The position numbers were made by a program, and so were the translations under genes. Shown in pieces: positions 26,161 to 39,046 of a DNA stretch of 64,000 bases. The DNA lies in the NCBI GenBank assembly GCA_040954595.2, contig CM082584.2, forward strand, positions 310,001 to 374,000, written 5' to 3'. Below the pieces are notes generated by a model, which ran no database searches, was not told the origin of the DNA, and saw only the letters and a program-made list of their open reading frames with translations. This DNA comes from Balanoglossus misakiensis. Lineage: Eukaryota > Animalia > Hemichordata. Position 1 is the stretch's first letter. Every line of letters starts with the position of its first letter.

Positions 26161-27495
26161 TAGTACCACCTACCCCAAGACCATGCGTAATCCCATAGGA
26201 TCCCATTTCAAAGTTGTCTCTAAAGAAGTGTTTTATTGTTAAATAACTAATGTTAACATTTCCTTTCTTGTTTAGTATATATAGAAGTCAATAATCCAAA
26301 CCCCAAAAAGCTGTCAAAAATTTGCTTCACAAAAACAAAATCACAATCATTGCGTTGTCTTTGGGGATGAATATTTTCAAAATTGCCGAAGAAAATAATT
26401 TAAAAATCATATAATTAAATAATCAAAAATTAATTTTACTCCTATTTGCACTTCCCGTAAAGAGCAGTGTCTAAGCTTTCTAAAAATATAAGGTTTATGT
26501 ACTTTGAAGCTAGCTTTATTGTTGTAGGAGAGGATATAGTACCCCCTACCCGAAGACCATGCGTAATCCCATAGGATACATGCATTTCAAAGTTGTCTCT
26601 AAAGAAGTATTCTATTGTTATATAACTAATATTAACATTTGTTTTCTTGTTTAATAAATAGAAGTCAATAATCCAAACCCCCAAAGATGTCAATAATTTG
26701 CTTCACAAAAAAAAAATCACAATTGTTGCGTTGTCTTTGGGGTGAATATTTTCAAAATTGCCGAAAAAATTAATTTAAAAATCTTATAATTAAATATTCA
26801 TAATTTTTTTTATAATTAAGTTTGTGCTTCCCGTAAAGAGCAGTGTCTAAGCTTTCTAAAAATATAAGGTTAATGTAACTGTTTGCTAGTTTTATTTTTT
26901 TTAGGAGAGGATATAGTACCCCCCTACCCCAAGACCATGCGTAATCCCATAGGATACATGCATTTCAAAGTTGTCTCTAAAGAAGTATTGTATTGTTAAA
27001 TAACTAATGTTAACATTTGTTTTCTTGTTTAATATATAGAATTAAATAATCCAAACCTAAAACGTTGTCAAAAATTTGCTTCACAAAAAGAAAATCACAA
27101 TTGTAACATTGTCTTTTGAGTGAAAACTTTCAAAATTGCCGAAAAAATTAATTTAAAAATCATCTAATTAAATATTCATAAATATTGTTTAATAAAGTTT
27201 GTGCTTCCCGTAAAGAGCAGTATCTAAGCTTTCTAAAAATATGAGGTTTATGTAATTTCATGGTAGTTTTATTTTTTTAGGAGAGAATATAGTACCCCCT
27301 ACCCCAACCCATTTTTCGCCATTTTGAGCGGCACATACCATTCAAAAACCACCCCGGAGGGGTAGTGCAACCCAAATATTCAATGTTAACATCTTTTTTC
27401 TTGTTCAGCACGATCTAAAGAACAAAAAAATACCCAAGTGGTAGGTTTATGGGGGGGGGGGGGGTGCACGGTGGACCCGTCGAGCCCACGGACTA
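26161..27495 (-). mobile_element. One end of a non-autonomous DNA transposon (Academ-like 5'-TAG terminus) with a ~376-bp internal tandem repeat
   Basis: The repeat start tagtacc..ccaagaccatgcgtaatcccatagga recurs at ~26161, 26537 and 26914, with a partial start at 27290. The segment ends ...cgagcccacggacta (minus strand TAGTCCGTGGGCTCG), abutting satellite. No second terminus is visible. Confidence 0.5.
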
Positions 27496-29757
27496 AGAGA
27501 TATTGACGGAATTCAAGAAAAAATAACCATTTTGGCCATATTTTGACAAAAATGGTAAATTTTTAAAAAAATCATAAAAAATTAACTCTTTTCTTCATTT
27601 TCGGAAATATTATGGAGCATGAAGTGTCGTTCTCTTGAAAAAAGTGCTGCAAATTCCAGAAAAGGCGGTATAATTTGAATCACCCAAGACAAAATTACCA
27701 TTTTCGACTTTTTTTCGAAAAATTGTCTTTTTTACAAAATAAATAAGAATAAATTCTTTTCTTAGTTTCAAACGGGTGGAGATACTTTCCACACGGGTTT
27801 TCTAACATTGAATTCCCGTTCATCAACTCAGATTTCCTACAGCATAAGTCGGCTAAAACCCTGACACTCTAGAGCAGAAACAGTTGCACACTGGTAACGT
27901 TGAACAAGTCGATTTTTCTACGGCCTGGCTCGGCTAAATCTCCGTCACAATATGACAGACACTAGCGTACGTTAGCAACGGTGATCAAGTCAGATTTTCT
28001 ACGGCATGGCTTGGATAAAGCACCGGCACTCTAGAGCAGAAACACGCGTACAGAGACCACGTTGATCAAGTCTGATCTCCTACGGCTTGGCTCGACTAAA
28101 ACCCCGGCACACTATGACAGACACTAGCGTTCGTTAGCAACGTTGATCAAGTCAGATTTCCTACGGCATGGCTTGGCTAAAGCCCTGGCACTCTAGAGCA
28201 GAAACACGCCTACAGAGACCACGTTGATCTACTCACATTTCCTTCGGCCTGGCACGGCTGATGCCCCGGCACTATATATAGGACAGAGACTGGCGTAAGT
28301 TAACAACGGTAATCACGTCGGGTTTCCTACGGCCTGGCTCAGCTGAAGCCCCGGCACTCTAGAGCAGAAACACGCGTACAGAGACCACGTTGATCAAGTC
28401 TGATCTCCTACGGCTTGGCTCGACTAAAACCCCGGCACACTATGACAGACACTAGCGTTCGTTAGCAACGTTGATCAAGTCAGATTTCCTACGGCTTGGC
28501 TTGGCTAAAACCCTGGCACTCTAGAGCAGAAACACGCGTACAGAGACCACGTTAATCTACTCACATTTCCTTCGGCCTGGCACGGCTGATGCCCCGGCAC
28601 TATATATAGGACACAGACTGGCGTAAGTTAACAACGGTAATCACGTCGGGTTTCCTACGGCCTGGCTCAGCTGAAGCCCCGGCACTCTAGAGCAGAAACA
28701 GGTGTACATTGACCACGTTGATCAAGTCAGATTTCCTACGGCCTGGCTCGACTAAAACCCCGGCACACCATGACAGACACTAGCGTTCGTTAGCAACGGT
28801 GATCAAGTCGGATTTCCTTCGGCCTGGCTCGGCAAAAGACCCGACACTCTAGTACAAAGACGTTGGCTAAGTCGGGCAAACCGAAGAGGGAAAGTCACAG
28901 CGGGTCAACACTCGACATTTGTTCGGGTAGGACTGCATTATTGCCTGTCAATTTATTGAGAAAGCCCGAATTTAACAGGGGCGTTTCAAACACCGACGTT
29001 AGTTGGGGGCACGGCCTGCAGTACTGCCGGGTAAGCTGACATCGGCGGACCGCATATAATGTAAGGGGGGGGGGGGGAAACAGAACGGCTCAATACTACA
29101 TTTATTAGATATCAGCTAATTTTGGACAATCATCTAAAATCTAAATCATTTTTTCATATTTGGATATCTGATGATGTATGAAATTTCCATTATATGTAAA
29201 AATGGTGCTGATTATAAAAAATACACTCTGAATGAGCTGATTTAATACAAAATTGCGTTTTATTCGTTTTTGCACCAAAAAGGTCATTTTTAGGCAAAAC
29301 ATTCTTTATTTTTTTAATTCGGTGACCTGATCATATAAAAACAATTGCTTGTATGTTAAAAGTTTTTATGACTTTTAAAAGCAAGGACACTAGCGGCATT
29401 CAACACGAAAATAACAATTTTAGCCACAATTTGGTCAAAATGGTAAATTTTTGAAAATTACAAAAAATACCTGTTTTCTACATTTTCGGAAATCTGATGG
29501 AGTATACAATGCTCTTCGTATGTATATATCGATACAAATTCCATAAAAGACCGTCTAATTTGGCTCACTGCAGACAAAATTGCGTTTTACCAAAGTTTCC
29601 TTGAAAATGTCATTTTTAGAAAAATAAATAAAAAAACCTTTGTTCTTCGAATTTGGTGCCCTGATCATATATGACATGTTGATTGTATGTTAAAACTTTC
29701 GACCACTCCAAAAATGCAGCGATATTGACGGAATTCAAGAAAAAATAGCCATTTTGG
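27496..29757. repeat. Macrosatellite unit(s) between the two composite insertions; includes a 328-bp (4-monomer) duplication and a 162-bp deletion
   Basis: The landmark is at ~28850, and g/aatctactcac occurs twice (~28227 and ~28555). Confidence 0.95.
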
Positions 29758-32700
29758 TAAGTATCAATTTTTTGTATATTATTGAGGTAAGATAAAAATG
29801 TGCGAAGGTTTGGCAATACTGGCTTAAATTTATATTTAAAGATAAAATTCTTTGAAAGTAATATAAAGTAATTCAGGGCTAACCACTCATCGTTTGTGTG
29901 GTTACTTTGAAAATTCTATTTTATACCCACCAAAACATCAAAAGGGGACAGCTCAATGGCAATATTACACTTTGTCTGTAATTGCAACTCTACATCCTTC
30001 CAAAAAGACAAAATACAGTCGCATTCGAAAAATAAATGTATAAGGATTTCCTCATAATTTTCAAAGAAGGTGCATTTCACAGAATCGCATTTTCCCCCTT
30101 ATCTTTAAAAATGTATTTGTAGTACAGATTCTACTAGCAATTCTGAATTGAAAATTACGCAAAGTAGAATCCTTTGTTACAATAAATGGTAAAGCATAGT
30201 GTAATTGCGAATCAAAATTCCCGAAGAGGTCTTTCCATTTTTGCGTACATCACATCGGTTTAAGATTATTCTTCAAAAATAACTTATTATAAGTAAAATA
30301 GAGTAGGTTTTTTTCAGGATCTATTTGTGTAATACATGTTTGGGTGGTCATTATTTACAGAGCCTTGTTGCTGAATCTTTCTGAACCGTGATCTTGGAAA
30401 AGCGTTGATTAAACCCATATGAAGTTTGGTGAAAAATTGTGTCTGTTACTAAAATCTTGGAAAGATAAAATGGAACCGGAAAAATCTAATAAATCCGAAA
30501 TATACATTACAACATTATCATACCAGTTTTTATAAAATATGGTAGCGTTGTTAACTTTCATCTCTGGTTGAACTATATACACTTTTTTATGTTATTAATA
30601 GGGTCGGGGGGGGGGGGTAAAGTTTTTGACCAACATAGTAGTACTGAGTACCAGAAGCTATGACGTGAAAATCTGTTTCTGGCAAACTCCACGACCTGAG
30701 CGGGGGTGAAGTGGGTAAGATAGCAGGGGATATACCCACAGTTTAAACATTTCTATCCACTGAGAATATTGATTGGACATTAATCTGTTAATCCACGAAG
30801 CATGCACTGCTTGAACGAATGAGGGAAGATGGGTCATTCGCAAACCCCACTCATCACAATTACAACATAATCTTAATCTATTGACTTTATCAGGTTTTGA
30901 ATTCCGATAAAACTCTAATAAGTGTACATATTTGATGATCTGACATGGGAGGTAAGGATGAGAAAATATGAATAAACTTTGACAAAGCAAGTGTTTTAGC
31001 TATTGTAATCTTGCCAAACAAGGTCACAGGTCGCCATGACCACTTAGTAAGCAGTGTGGACACTTCCCTTACTTTTGGTGTAAAATTTAACATATCGAGC
31101 CCAACAAGATCAACGTTCAGGTTAATACCAAGAACTGTTAACGGTTCATCAACCCATAATAAGTTCTTGTTTGGCAACAAAATATCATGTGAATGGCATT
31201 TAGCGCCAAACCAAACCAATTTAGTTTTTTGGTAGTTAATTCGCAAACCCGACAGAAAAGTAAAGAAACCCAAGGTAGCAAACAGATTTTTCAGAGAACT
31301 TTCAGAACCATCTAAATATACAAAAATATCATCTGCGTATTGCCCCAGTAAATTTTTTTTATCTCTAAGTGTAATTCCTTCTATATTACTATGGGCTCTG
31401 ATTTCATGCGCAAGTTTTTCAACACAGGTGATAAACAGGTACGGTGATAGAGGATCACCTTGTCTAACACCTCTCTCGAGGGGAAAAAATCAGGAAAGTT
31501 TCCGTTATTTATAACACAACTAGTGGTGTTTTTATAAAACACTTTGACCCATTTTCTGAAAGAGGGATAAAAATTAAACTTTCTCAATGCTTTATCGATA
31601 AATTCCCAAGAAAGCGTGTCAAACGCCATTTCAAAGTCTAGAAGTACAAGAAAACCTTGTCTATCTTTGAAGTTAACGATACATCATCAATCAAACGTGT
31701 ATTTTCACCAATATACCTTCCTTTCCTCAGAAAACCTTTCTAGTCAGGGTGAATAATTTTTGGCAAGAACCGTTTCATACGGTTTGCTATAACACCAGAT
31801 GCAATCTTATCATCCGTGTTTAGCAATGTAATACGGCGCCAATTTTTCATGTGAAATCTATTCTTGTTGGGTTTCGGGATACAAGTAACAATTCCCCGCT
31901 TTTGAGAAATAGACATTTCGCCTGAGGAGTAGGCGGAATTAATTGCACGGGCTATATAAACACCAATGTCGGGCCAAAAAAATTTCGGCAGAAAAACCGT
32001 CTGTTCCTGGTGACTTATTATTTGCTATTGACTTCAACACTACTCCACATTCATGCTTAGACAGGGCCCCTTCCAAAGAATCCCGTTCCTCAGTACTCAA
32101 AGTAGGCAAAGTATTTCCATGCTGCATAAAATTATCTAACTGATCAATATTGCAAGCAACGTTTTTGGTAGCCGCATATAGATTCCGGTAAAACTTAGAT
32201 TGTTCACGAAGGATGTCTTCGTCCTCAGTTATTGTGGAGCCAACACTCAGGCACAGCTGACCGATGGCTTTATTGGTGAAATGTCTCTTTTCCATAGAGC
32301 AAAAATACTTAGTAGGTTTTTCCCCTTCTGTAGACCACCTGGCCCGAGCACGTACGCGACTTCCTTCTACTTTTTTGACAGTATGCTATCAACTGTTCTT
32401 TTTTCATGCAGTTCATCTAACATGTCAGGCGTTTATAGATCATTCACACGAGTTTCTAGTAAAATATTCTCCGTTTCAAGCTGTTTCTCGGCCCTAATAA
32501 ATTCCTAGTTGCATACGAAATCGTAACTCCACGAATTTTTATTTTCAACGTATCCAAGAAAAGTTGATCCGAAATGGTAAAAGTGGGACCAGCTTGAGAG
32601 CTTCCCTCCTGTCTGTACTCATCCTTAGTATCCCGAATTGTGTTTTTAACAATGTCCACATAATCGTTGTCATCCGAGAGAGACGTATTGCAGAGTGGTC

Positions 32701-33010
32701 ACTCCGGTAACCGACACAAATATTTGCAGTTGCGGTCATATTAGCGAATTCAGGCGTAATAAGAAAATAATCCAGTCTTTTGCGCCTAAACTACGTAAAT
32801 GTACGCGAGGACTCGTTTATCACCCGCCAAATATCTATCAAATTATACTCATCACAGAGAAGATCAATTTGTTGCCTTGCATCCGAGTGAGAGTCTGTAG
32901 TGCGGCCAGCTGTGTCAGCATCAAAACCCTCACTACATTCCAGTCCCCAACTGCAATAACTGAATTATTACCAAACATATTGATCTGCCATTTCAAATCA
33001 ATATAGAATC
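29758..33010 (-). pseudogene. Decayed L1/Tx1-clade LINE ORF2, copy 2 (segmental duplicate of 22902-26160)
   Basis: The ORF fragments are essentially identical and offset by 6850 bp (e.g. 24040 vs 30890, 25089 vs 31939), with the same frameshifts. Confidence 0.92.
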
Positions 33011-33937
33011 TAGTACCACCTACCCCAAGACCATGCGTAATCCCATAGGATACACACATTTCAAAGTTGTCTCTAAAGAAGTGTTTTATTGTTAAATAAC
33101 TAATGTTAACATTTCCTTTCTTGTTTAGTATATATAGAAGTCAATAATCCAAACCCCAAAAAGCTGTCAAAAATTTGCTTCACAAAAACAAAATCACAAT
33201 CATTGCGTTGTCTTTGGGGATGAATATTTTCAAAATTGCCGAAGAAAATAATTTAAAAATCATATAATTAAATAATCAAAAATTAATTTTACTCCTATTT
33301 GCACTTCCCGTAAAGAGCAGTGTCTAAGCTTTCTAAAAATATAAGGTTTATGTACTTTGAAGCTAGCTTTATTGTTGTAGGAGAGGATATAGTACCCCCT
33401 ACCCGAAGACCATGCGTAATCCCATAGGATACATGCATTTCAAAGTTGTCTCTAAAGAAGTATTGTATTGTTATATAACTAATGTTAACATTTGTTTTCT
33501 TGTTTAATAAATAGAAGTCAATAATCCAAACCCCCAAAGATGTCAATAATTTGCTTCACAAAAAAAAAATCACAATTGTTGCGTTGTCTTTGGGGTGAAT
33601 ATTTTCAAAATTGCCGAAAAAATTAATTTAAAAATCTTATAATTAAATATTCATAAATATTGTTTAATAAAGTTTGTGCTTCCCGTAAAGAGCAGTATCT
33701 AAGCTTTCTAAAAATATGAGGTTTATGTAATTTCATGGTAGTTTTATTTTTTTAGGAGAGAATATAGTACCCCCTACCCCAACCAATTTTTCGCCATTTT
33801 GAGCGGCACATACCATTCAAAAACCACCCCGGAGGGGTAGTGCAACCCAAATATTCAATGTTAACATCTTTTTTCTTGTTCAGCACGTTCTAAAGAACAA
33901 AAAAATACCCAAGTGGTAGGTTTATGGGGGGGGGGGG
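33011..33937 (-). mobile_element. Duplicate of the Academ-like end: one ~376-bp repeat fewer and the terminus deleted
   Basis: Repeat starts are at ~33011, 33390 and 33765. The G-run joins directly to satellite tcctacagcataag at 33938, a ~370-bp deletion relative to copy 1. Confidence 0.7.
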
Positions 33938-34884
33938 TCCTACAGCATAAGTCGGCTTAAACCCTGACACTCTAGAGCAGAAACAGTTGCACACTGGTAA
34001 CGTTGAACAAGTAGATTTTTCTACGGCCTGGCTCGGCTAAATCTCCGTCACAATATGACAGACACTAGCGTACGTTAGCAACGGTGATCAAGTCAGATTT
34101 TCTACGGCATGGCTTGGATAAAGCACCGGCACTCTAGAGCAGAAACACGCGTACAGAGACCACGTTGATCAAGTCTGATCTCCTACGGCCTGGCTCGACT
34201 AAAACCCCGGCACACTATGACAGACACTAGCGTTCGTTAGCAACGTTGATCAAGTCAGATTTCCTACGGCATGGCTTGGCTAAAGCCCTGGCACTCTAGA
34301 GCAGAAACACGCCTACAGAGACCACGTTGATCTACTCACATTTCCTTCGGCCTGGCACGGCTGATGCCCCGGCACTATATATAGGACAGAGACTGGCGTA
34401 TGTTAACAACGGTAATCACGTCGGGTTTCCTACGGCCTGACTCAGCTGAAGCCCCGGCACTCTAGAGCAGAAACACGCGTACAGAGACCACGTTGATCAA
34501 GTCTGATCTCCTACGGCTTGGCTCGACTAAAACCCCGGCACACTATGACAGACACTAGCGTTCGTTAGCAACGTTGATCAAGTCAGATTTCCTACGGCTT
34601 GGCTTGGCTAAAACCCTGGCACTCTAGAGCAGAAACACGCGTACAGAGACCACGTTAATCTACTCACATTTCCTTCGGCCTGGCACGGCTGATGCCCCGG
34701 CACTATATATAGGACACAGACTGGCGTAAGTTAACAACGGTAATCACGTCGGGTTTCCTACGGCCTGGCTCAGCTGAAGCCCCGGCACTCTAGAGCAGAA
34801 ACAGGCGTACATTGACCACGTTGATCAAGTCAGATTTCGTACGGCGTGACTCGGCTGGTGCACCGGCTCTATATGACACAGACT
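33938..34884. repeat. Macrosatellite 81-bp monomer block (duplicate of ~27835-28740)
   Basis: It shares the diagnostic variants aagcaccggc, acgcctacag and gttaatctac, and the 328-bp duplication. Confidence 0.95.
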
Positions 34885-35070
34885 CGAGAATCATCTCCAG
34901 TAAACGCAAAGGCGCTGTTGCTGCTAAAATCGACGTATCCTTTCACCAGGCTAAGCTTTTGCTTGAGTCTAGTTTCTGGCCACCAAATGTATTTTGTAGA
35001 CAGTGGCTAGGTGAACAAAAATTTTCAGAGAGTCAATTAAACCGTATACAAAGAAAAAACGACTCCACAG

Positions 35071-35941
35071 ATGTTGATAGATTCGTTCAATAATTTTATT
35101 TTTCTGAATCTGTGGATTTATTGTATTTCAATGACTTCTGTAGAAGCGGAACAATTGTTAAACTCTGATTGTTATAGGAAATGTAATTCATATTCTTACT
35201 CTGAGTTCTGCAACTTGGTTAGTAATACACCTATTTCTACATTCTCTATATCTCATTGTAATGTTCGGTCCCTCAGTCGAAACTTTCATGACTTTAAATT
35301 GTTTTATGAGTCACTTGATGAATCAAAAATCAAAGTTATAGCATTATCAGAGATTTGGCAGGTTCAAAATAAAGAGCTTTATTGTTTAGAAGGCTATCAT
35401 TTGGAAACAAAATGTCGAAATGACCAGCGGGGTGGGGGAGTTGGGGCATATATAGACTCATCTTTGAATTATACCTCCATTGAAGCGACTGTAAATCATT
35501 CTGAATCTATCTGGCTCAAATTTGACTTGCCAAAGAAAAAATCACTCATTCTTGGAGTAGTGTATAAGAAACCAAACACTAATATAGGCGAATTCCTTGA
35601 AAGTCTTGAATCTGTATTGACTGATATTGACCGCAAGAAGATGCAGTGCATACTTGTGGGTGACTTTAATGTAAATGCGTCTGATTTAAATGCATATGAA
35701 ACGGTTGATCTTAATAATAGTATGTCTTCTTTTAACCTAACTCAGATGATCACTGTGCCAACACGTATATCAGATCATTCAAGAACGGTTATTGATCATA
35801 TTTATACAAATATACATAGTCATTTTGTTAATTGTGGAACTATTGATGTTCATCTTGCTGACCATTTGCCTATATTTGCCATCTTTGAGGATCTACGTAT
35901 TTATTTCCAAAAACCAAAGAGACTTTCAGGGACTACCGTAA
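35071..35941 (+). pseudogene. LINE ORF2 part 1: apurinic-type endonuclease
   Basis: Motifs HCNVRSL, IALSEIW, GGGVGAY, GDFNV, PTRIS..TVIDHIY and ADHLPIF. A frameshift near 35910 puts TFRDYRN in another frame; that frame rejoins FNIGLFQ after the insert. Confidence 0.9.
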
Positions 35942-38557
35942 TTACGGGCCCAAGCCAAGCCAGGCTTGGGCCCGTATTGGTTTCGTTGGGGTTTTTAGGG
36001 CACAAGCCCAGCAGGCTTGTGCCCTATTGTTTTTACTGGAGTTTTTCTTCTTCTTCTTCTTCTTCTTCTTGTGCCGTTTTTTTCGTCAAGTACATCTTGA
36101 AAACGGCTGAACCTACAAATCTCAAACTTGGTACAATGGTGCAGGCCAATGAGAGCATGAGCTGTACCCTTGTGAATGTTTAATAAGTCATGTGACCTGA
36201 TGACCATATATGGGCAAAATTTTCAAATTGGCCTTATTTGTATATGAATGGAGATATCAAAATTCTTTTAGCAACTTTTGCGGACCATGTGGTCAGTGTC
36301 CTACATGCCAAATGTCAAGGCCATTAGCCATGCCAATTTTGAGAAGAAGATTTTTAAGTATTATTTTTCATATTTTTTCACCAAGCCATTGGCCTATACT
36401 TTCCATAGTAAAGCTATGACCACATATTATTTTGGATAAATATGCATACATATCTCAAAATCTGTTGGGCCGATCATCTCCAACTTTGGTGTGCAGCTAG
36501 TCTAGCATTTGTCAATAATTTTAAGCGGAAAAAAATAATATGAAAAATCGACCGATTTTTTTATATTAATTTTTTTATTAAATTTATACCTTTACTTATA
36601 CCTCTATGGTTAAGCTATGTCCATGTCTTATTGTGGAATACTGGTCAGTGCAATAGTCCTGTACGGTGACTGTCTTTTGGTCAGTGAGCACAATGGCACC
36701 AAAATAAAAGGCACAATTTTAGGCTCACCTGTAACACCTGCTTAACTCATTAATTATGTGCATACCTAATTCTGGGCTAACTAAGAGGGCTAGAGGTTTC
36801 GTTCTTGTGGGACATGGACCAGTATAGGGTCAAAATTTCTTGCCCAAATTTGGGGTGACCTCAGGTGACCTTTGACCTACTTTCCTATATCTCGGCATCC
36901 AGAGCAGGTACAGACTTGGCGTTTGGAGGGTTGGGACTAAAATTGAAAAGCCAAAATAGGGGTCACCTGTGACACCTGCATATCTCATTAATTATGTGCA
37001 TACCTAATTCCAGGCTAACCAATAGGGCTATAGTTTTGGTTTTTGTTGAACATGGACCAGTATAGGGTCAAAATTTCTTGCCCAAATTTTGCATGACCTC
37101 AGGTGACCTTTGACCTACTTTACCAGATCTCGGCATCCAGAGCAGGTACAGACTTGGCGTTTGGAGGGTTGGGACTAAAATTGGAAAGCCAAATTGGGGG
37201 TCAGTTGTGACACCTGCCTACCTCATTAATTATGTGCATACCTAATTCCAGGCTAACCAATAGGGGTATAGGTTTGGTTTTTGATGAACATGGACCAGTA
37301 TAGGGTCAAAATTTCTCGCCCAAATTTTGCATGACCTCAGGTGACATTTGACCTATTTTTCCATATCTTGGCATCCAGAGCAGATATGCTTATTGCTATG
37401 TTGCTATGTGCTATGTTGGCTTGGGCCCGCTATTGCTGCTTGCAGCTATATTTCTTTCTTTCTTTCTTTATTCTTGGTTCACTTCTTTCGCGCTCTAGAT
37501 CTCAGACACCGCTGCAGGTACAGTTCTCAAACTTGCTACAGTGGTCAAGGTCAATGAGTAGATGTGCAGTGACTTGTGAATACTTAATTAGTCACGTGAC
37601 ATGGCGGCCATATTGGATTTTCTGAAAAAATGCAAATCTCAGATCTCAGAAACTACAAGTCAGATCGAGTTCAGATTTGGCGTGCTGGTAGTATACCCTC
37701 TGCCCATCATTTTTGTAATTGGATATTTTGCTGTCAATGTTGCAGTTTTTTTGCTACAGTTGTTTTTCTGAAATCTGGTCAAAATTTCAAAAATCTTCTT
37801 CTCCAGAACCGGCGATAACCGAGTCACGCCGTTTGGGGTATGTGGTCACCTAACTGATGTCTATCAAGTTTGCGAAGATCATTGTGATTGGTCGAAGATT
37901 ATGGCGGCCATATTGGATTTTCGAAAAACCATAGTAAAACTTCAAAAATCTTCTTCTCCAGAACGGGCGATAACCGAGTCACAAGATTTGGTGTGTGTGG
38001 TCATTAAACAGATGTCTATCAAGTTTGCGAAGGGGAATGTGATTGGTCGAAGATTATGGCGGCCATATTGGATTTTGTGAAAAACGATTAAAAAGTAAAA
38101 ATTCCTTTTCTAGCCTAAAAATTGATAGCACAGAAATTCTTTTTATGGATATGAATCATCATATGACAAGAATAACCTATAAATATTTTGGTAATTTTGG
38201 CAATGACCTTTGACCTACTTTTGACGCATCATTTTTCTGCATATCTAATTCCAGGCTAACCAATAGGGCTATAAGTTTGGTTTTTGATGTATGTGGATTT
38301 GTATGTGATCAAAAAATTTTGCTACTTTTCATGACCCCTTTGACCTCTGCTGACCTCATTAAATATGCATATACCTAATTACAGATGAACCAATAGACCT
38401 AGAGGTTTTGTTTTTGTTATACATGGACCAGTATGGGGTCAAAATATTTTGCCCAAATGTTGGGTGACCTCGGGTGACCTTTGACCTACTTAACACTATA
38501 TTAGCATCAGATCAGATAATAGAGCTTGGGCCCGGACAATGCTGCTTGCAGCTTTAA
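35942..38557. mobile_element. Non-autonomous Helentron/DINE-1/pearl-like element (outer) inserted in a T-run of the LINE
   Basis: Terminal hairpin acgggcccaagc-caagccag-gcttgggcccgt, a (CTTT)n tract at 37452, internal tandem repeats, and a distal subterminal copy gcttgggccc...gctgcttgcagctttaa. The LINE codons CGT AAT TTT AAT are split by it. Confidence 0.75.
35994..37451. mobile_element. Nested non-autonomous Helentron-like element (inner, related family)
   Basis: It has its own hairpin (tagggcacaagc..gcttgtgcccta), a (CTT)n microsatellite, ~238-bp core repeats (catacctaatt at ~36761, 36998, 37237), and ends gcttgggcccgctattgctgcttgcagctatat. Confidence 0.7.
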
Positions 38558-38559
38558 TT

Positions 38560-39046
38560 TTAATATAGGTTTATTTCAAGATGAGTTAAGTAGTGTCAAT
38601 TGGGCAGCTGTGTATGAGAGTACTGATGCTAATACAGCATATGACTCGTTTTTAACCATTTTCTCGAATATTTGTAATAAGCATGCTCCACTGCTTTCTA
38701 AAAAGCTTAGTTCAAAAAGAAAAATACGGAAACCATGGATAACTGCTGGAATAAAAAAATCAATTGACCAGAAACACAAGCTCTACTCAAATGTCTTAAA
38801 AACTAATTATCGGCCAGACGTCTTTACAAAATACAAATGCTACCGGAACATGCTTACAAATATTCTGAAAAAGGCTAAGCAAGATTATTATTCTGACCAG
38901 TTTACATACTATCAAGCAGATACTAGTAAGACATGGAAAGTTATTAATGATATTTTGAGGGGTGGTGGTAAACATGTAAATCTACCAAGTAGTTTACAAA
39001 TGTCTTCAGCTGGTCGGCAGACTACCCTGATCACCCAGTGTGACAT
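38560..39046 (+). pseudogene. LINE ORF2 part 2 (EN-RT linker)
   Basis: Motifs VNW..DANTAYDSF, KPWITAGIKKSI, YKCYRNMLT and KTWKVIN. Confidence 0.88.

Noticed and set aside
33926-33940. G-quadruplex-induced (dog-1/FANCJ-type) deletion
   Set aside because: The G-run is retained and the deletion extends 3' of it, which is the opposite polarity to that mechanism.
34812-35093. ORF fusing a satellite monomer to LINE ORF1
   Set aside because: It has a non-ATG start and is a chance in-frame junction at the 5' truncation point.
35942-36183. Ser-rich C-terminal extension of the 370-aa endonuclease ORF
   Set aside because: It is read-through into the inserted element's hairpin and (CTT)n microsatellite after a frameshift.
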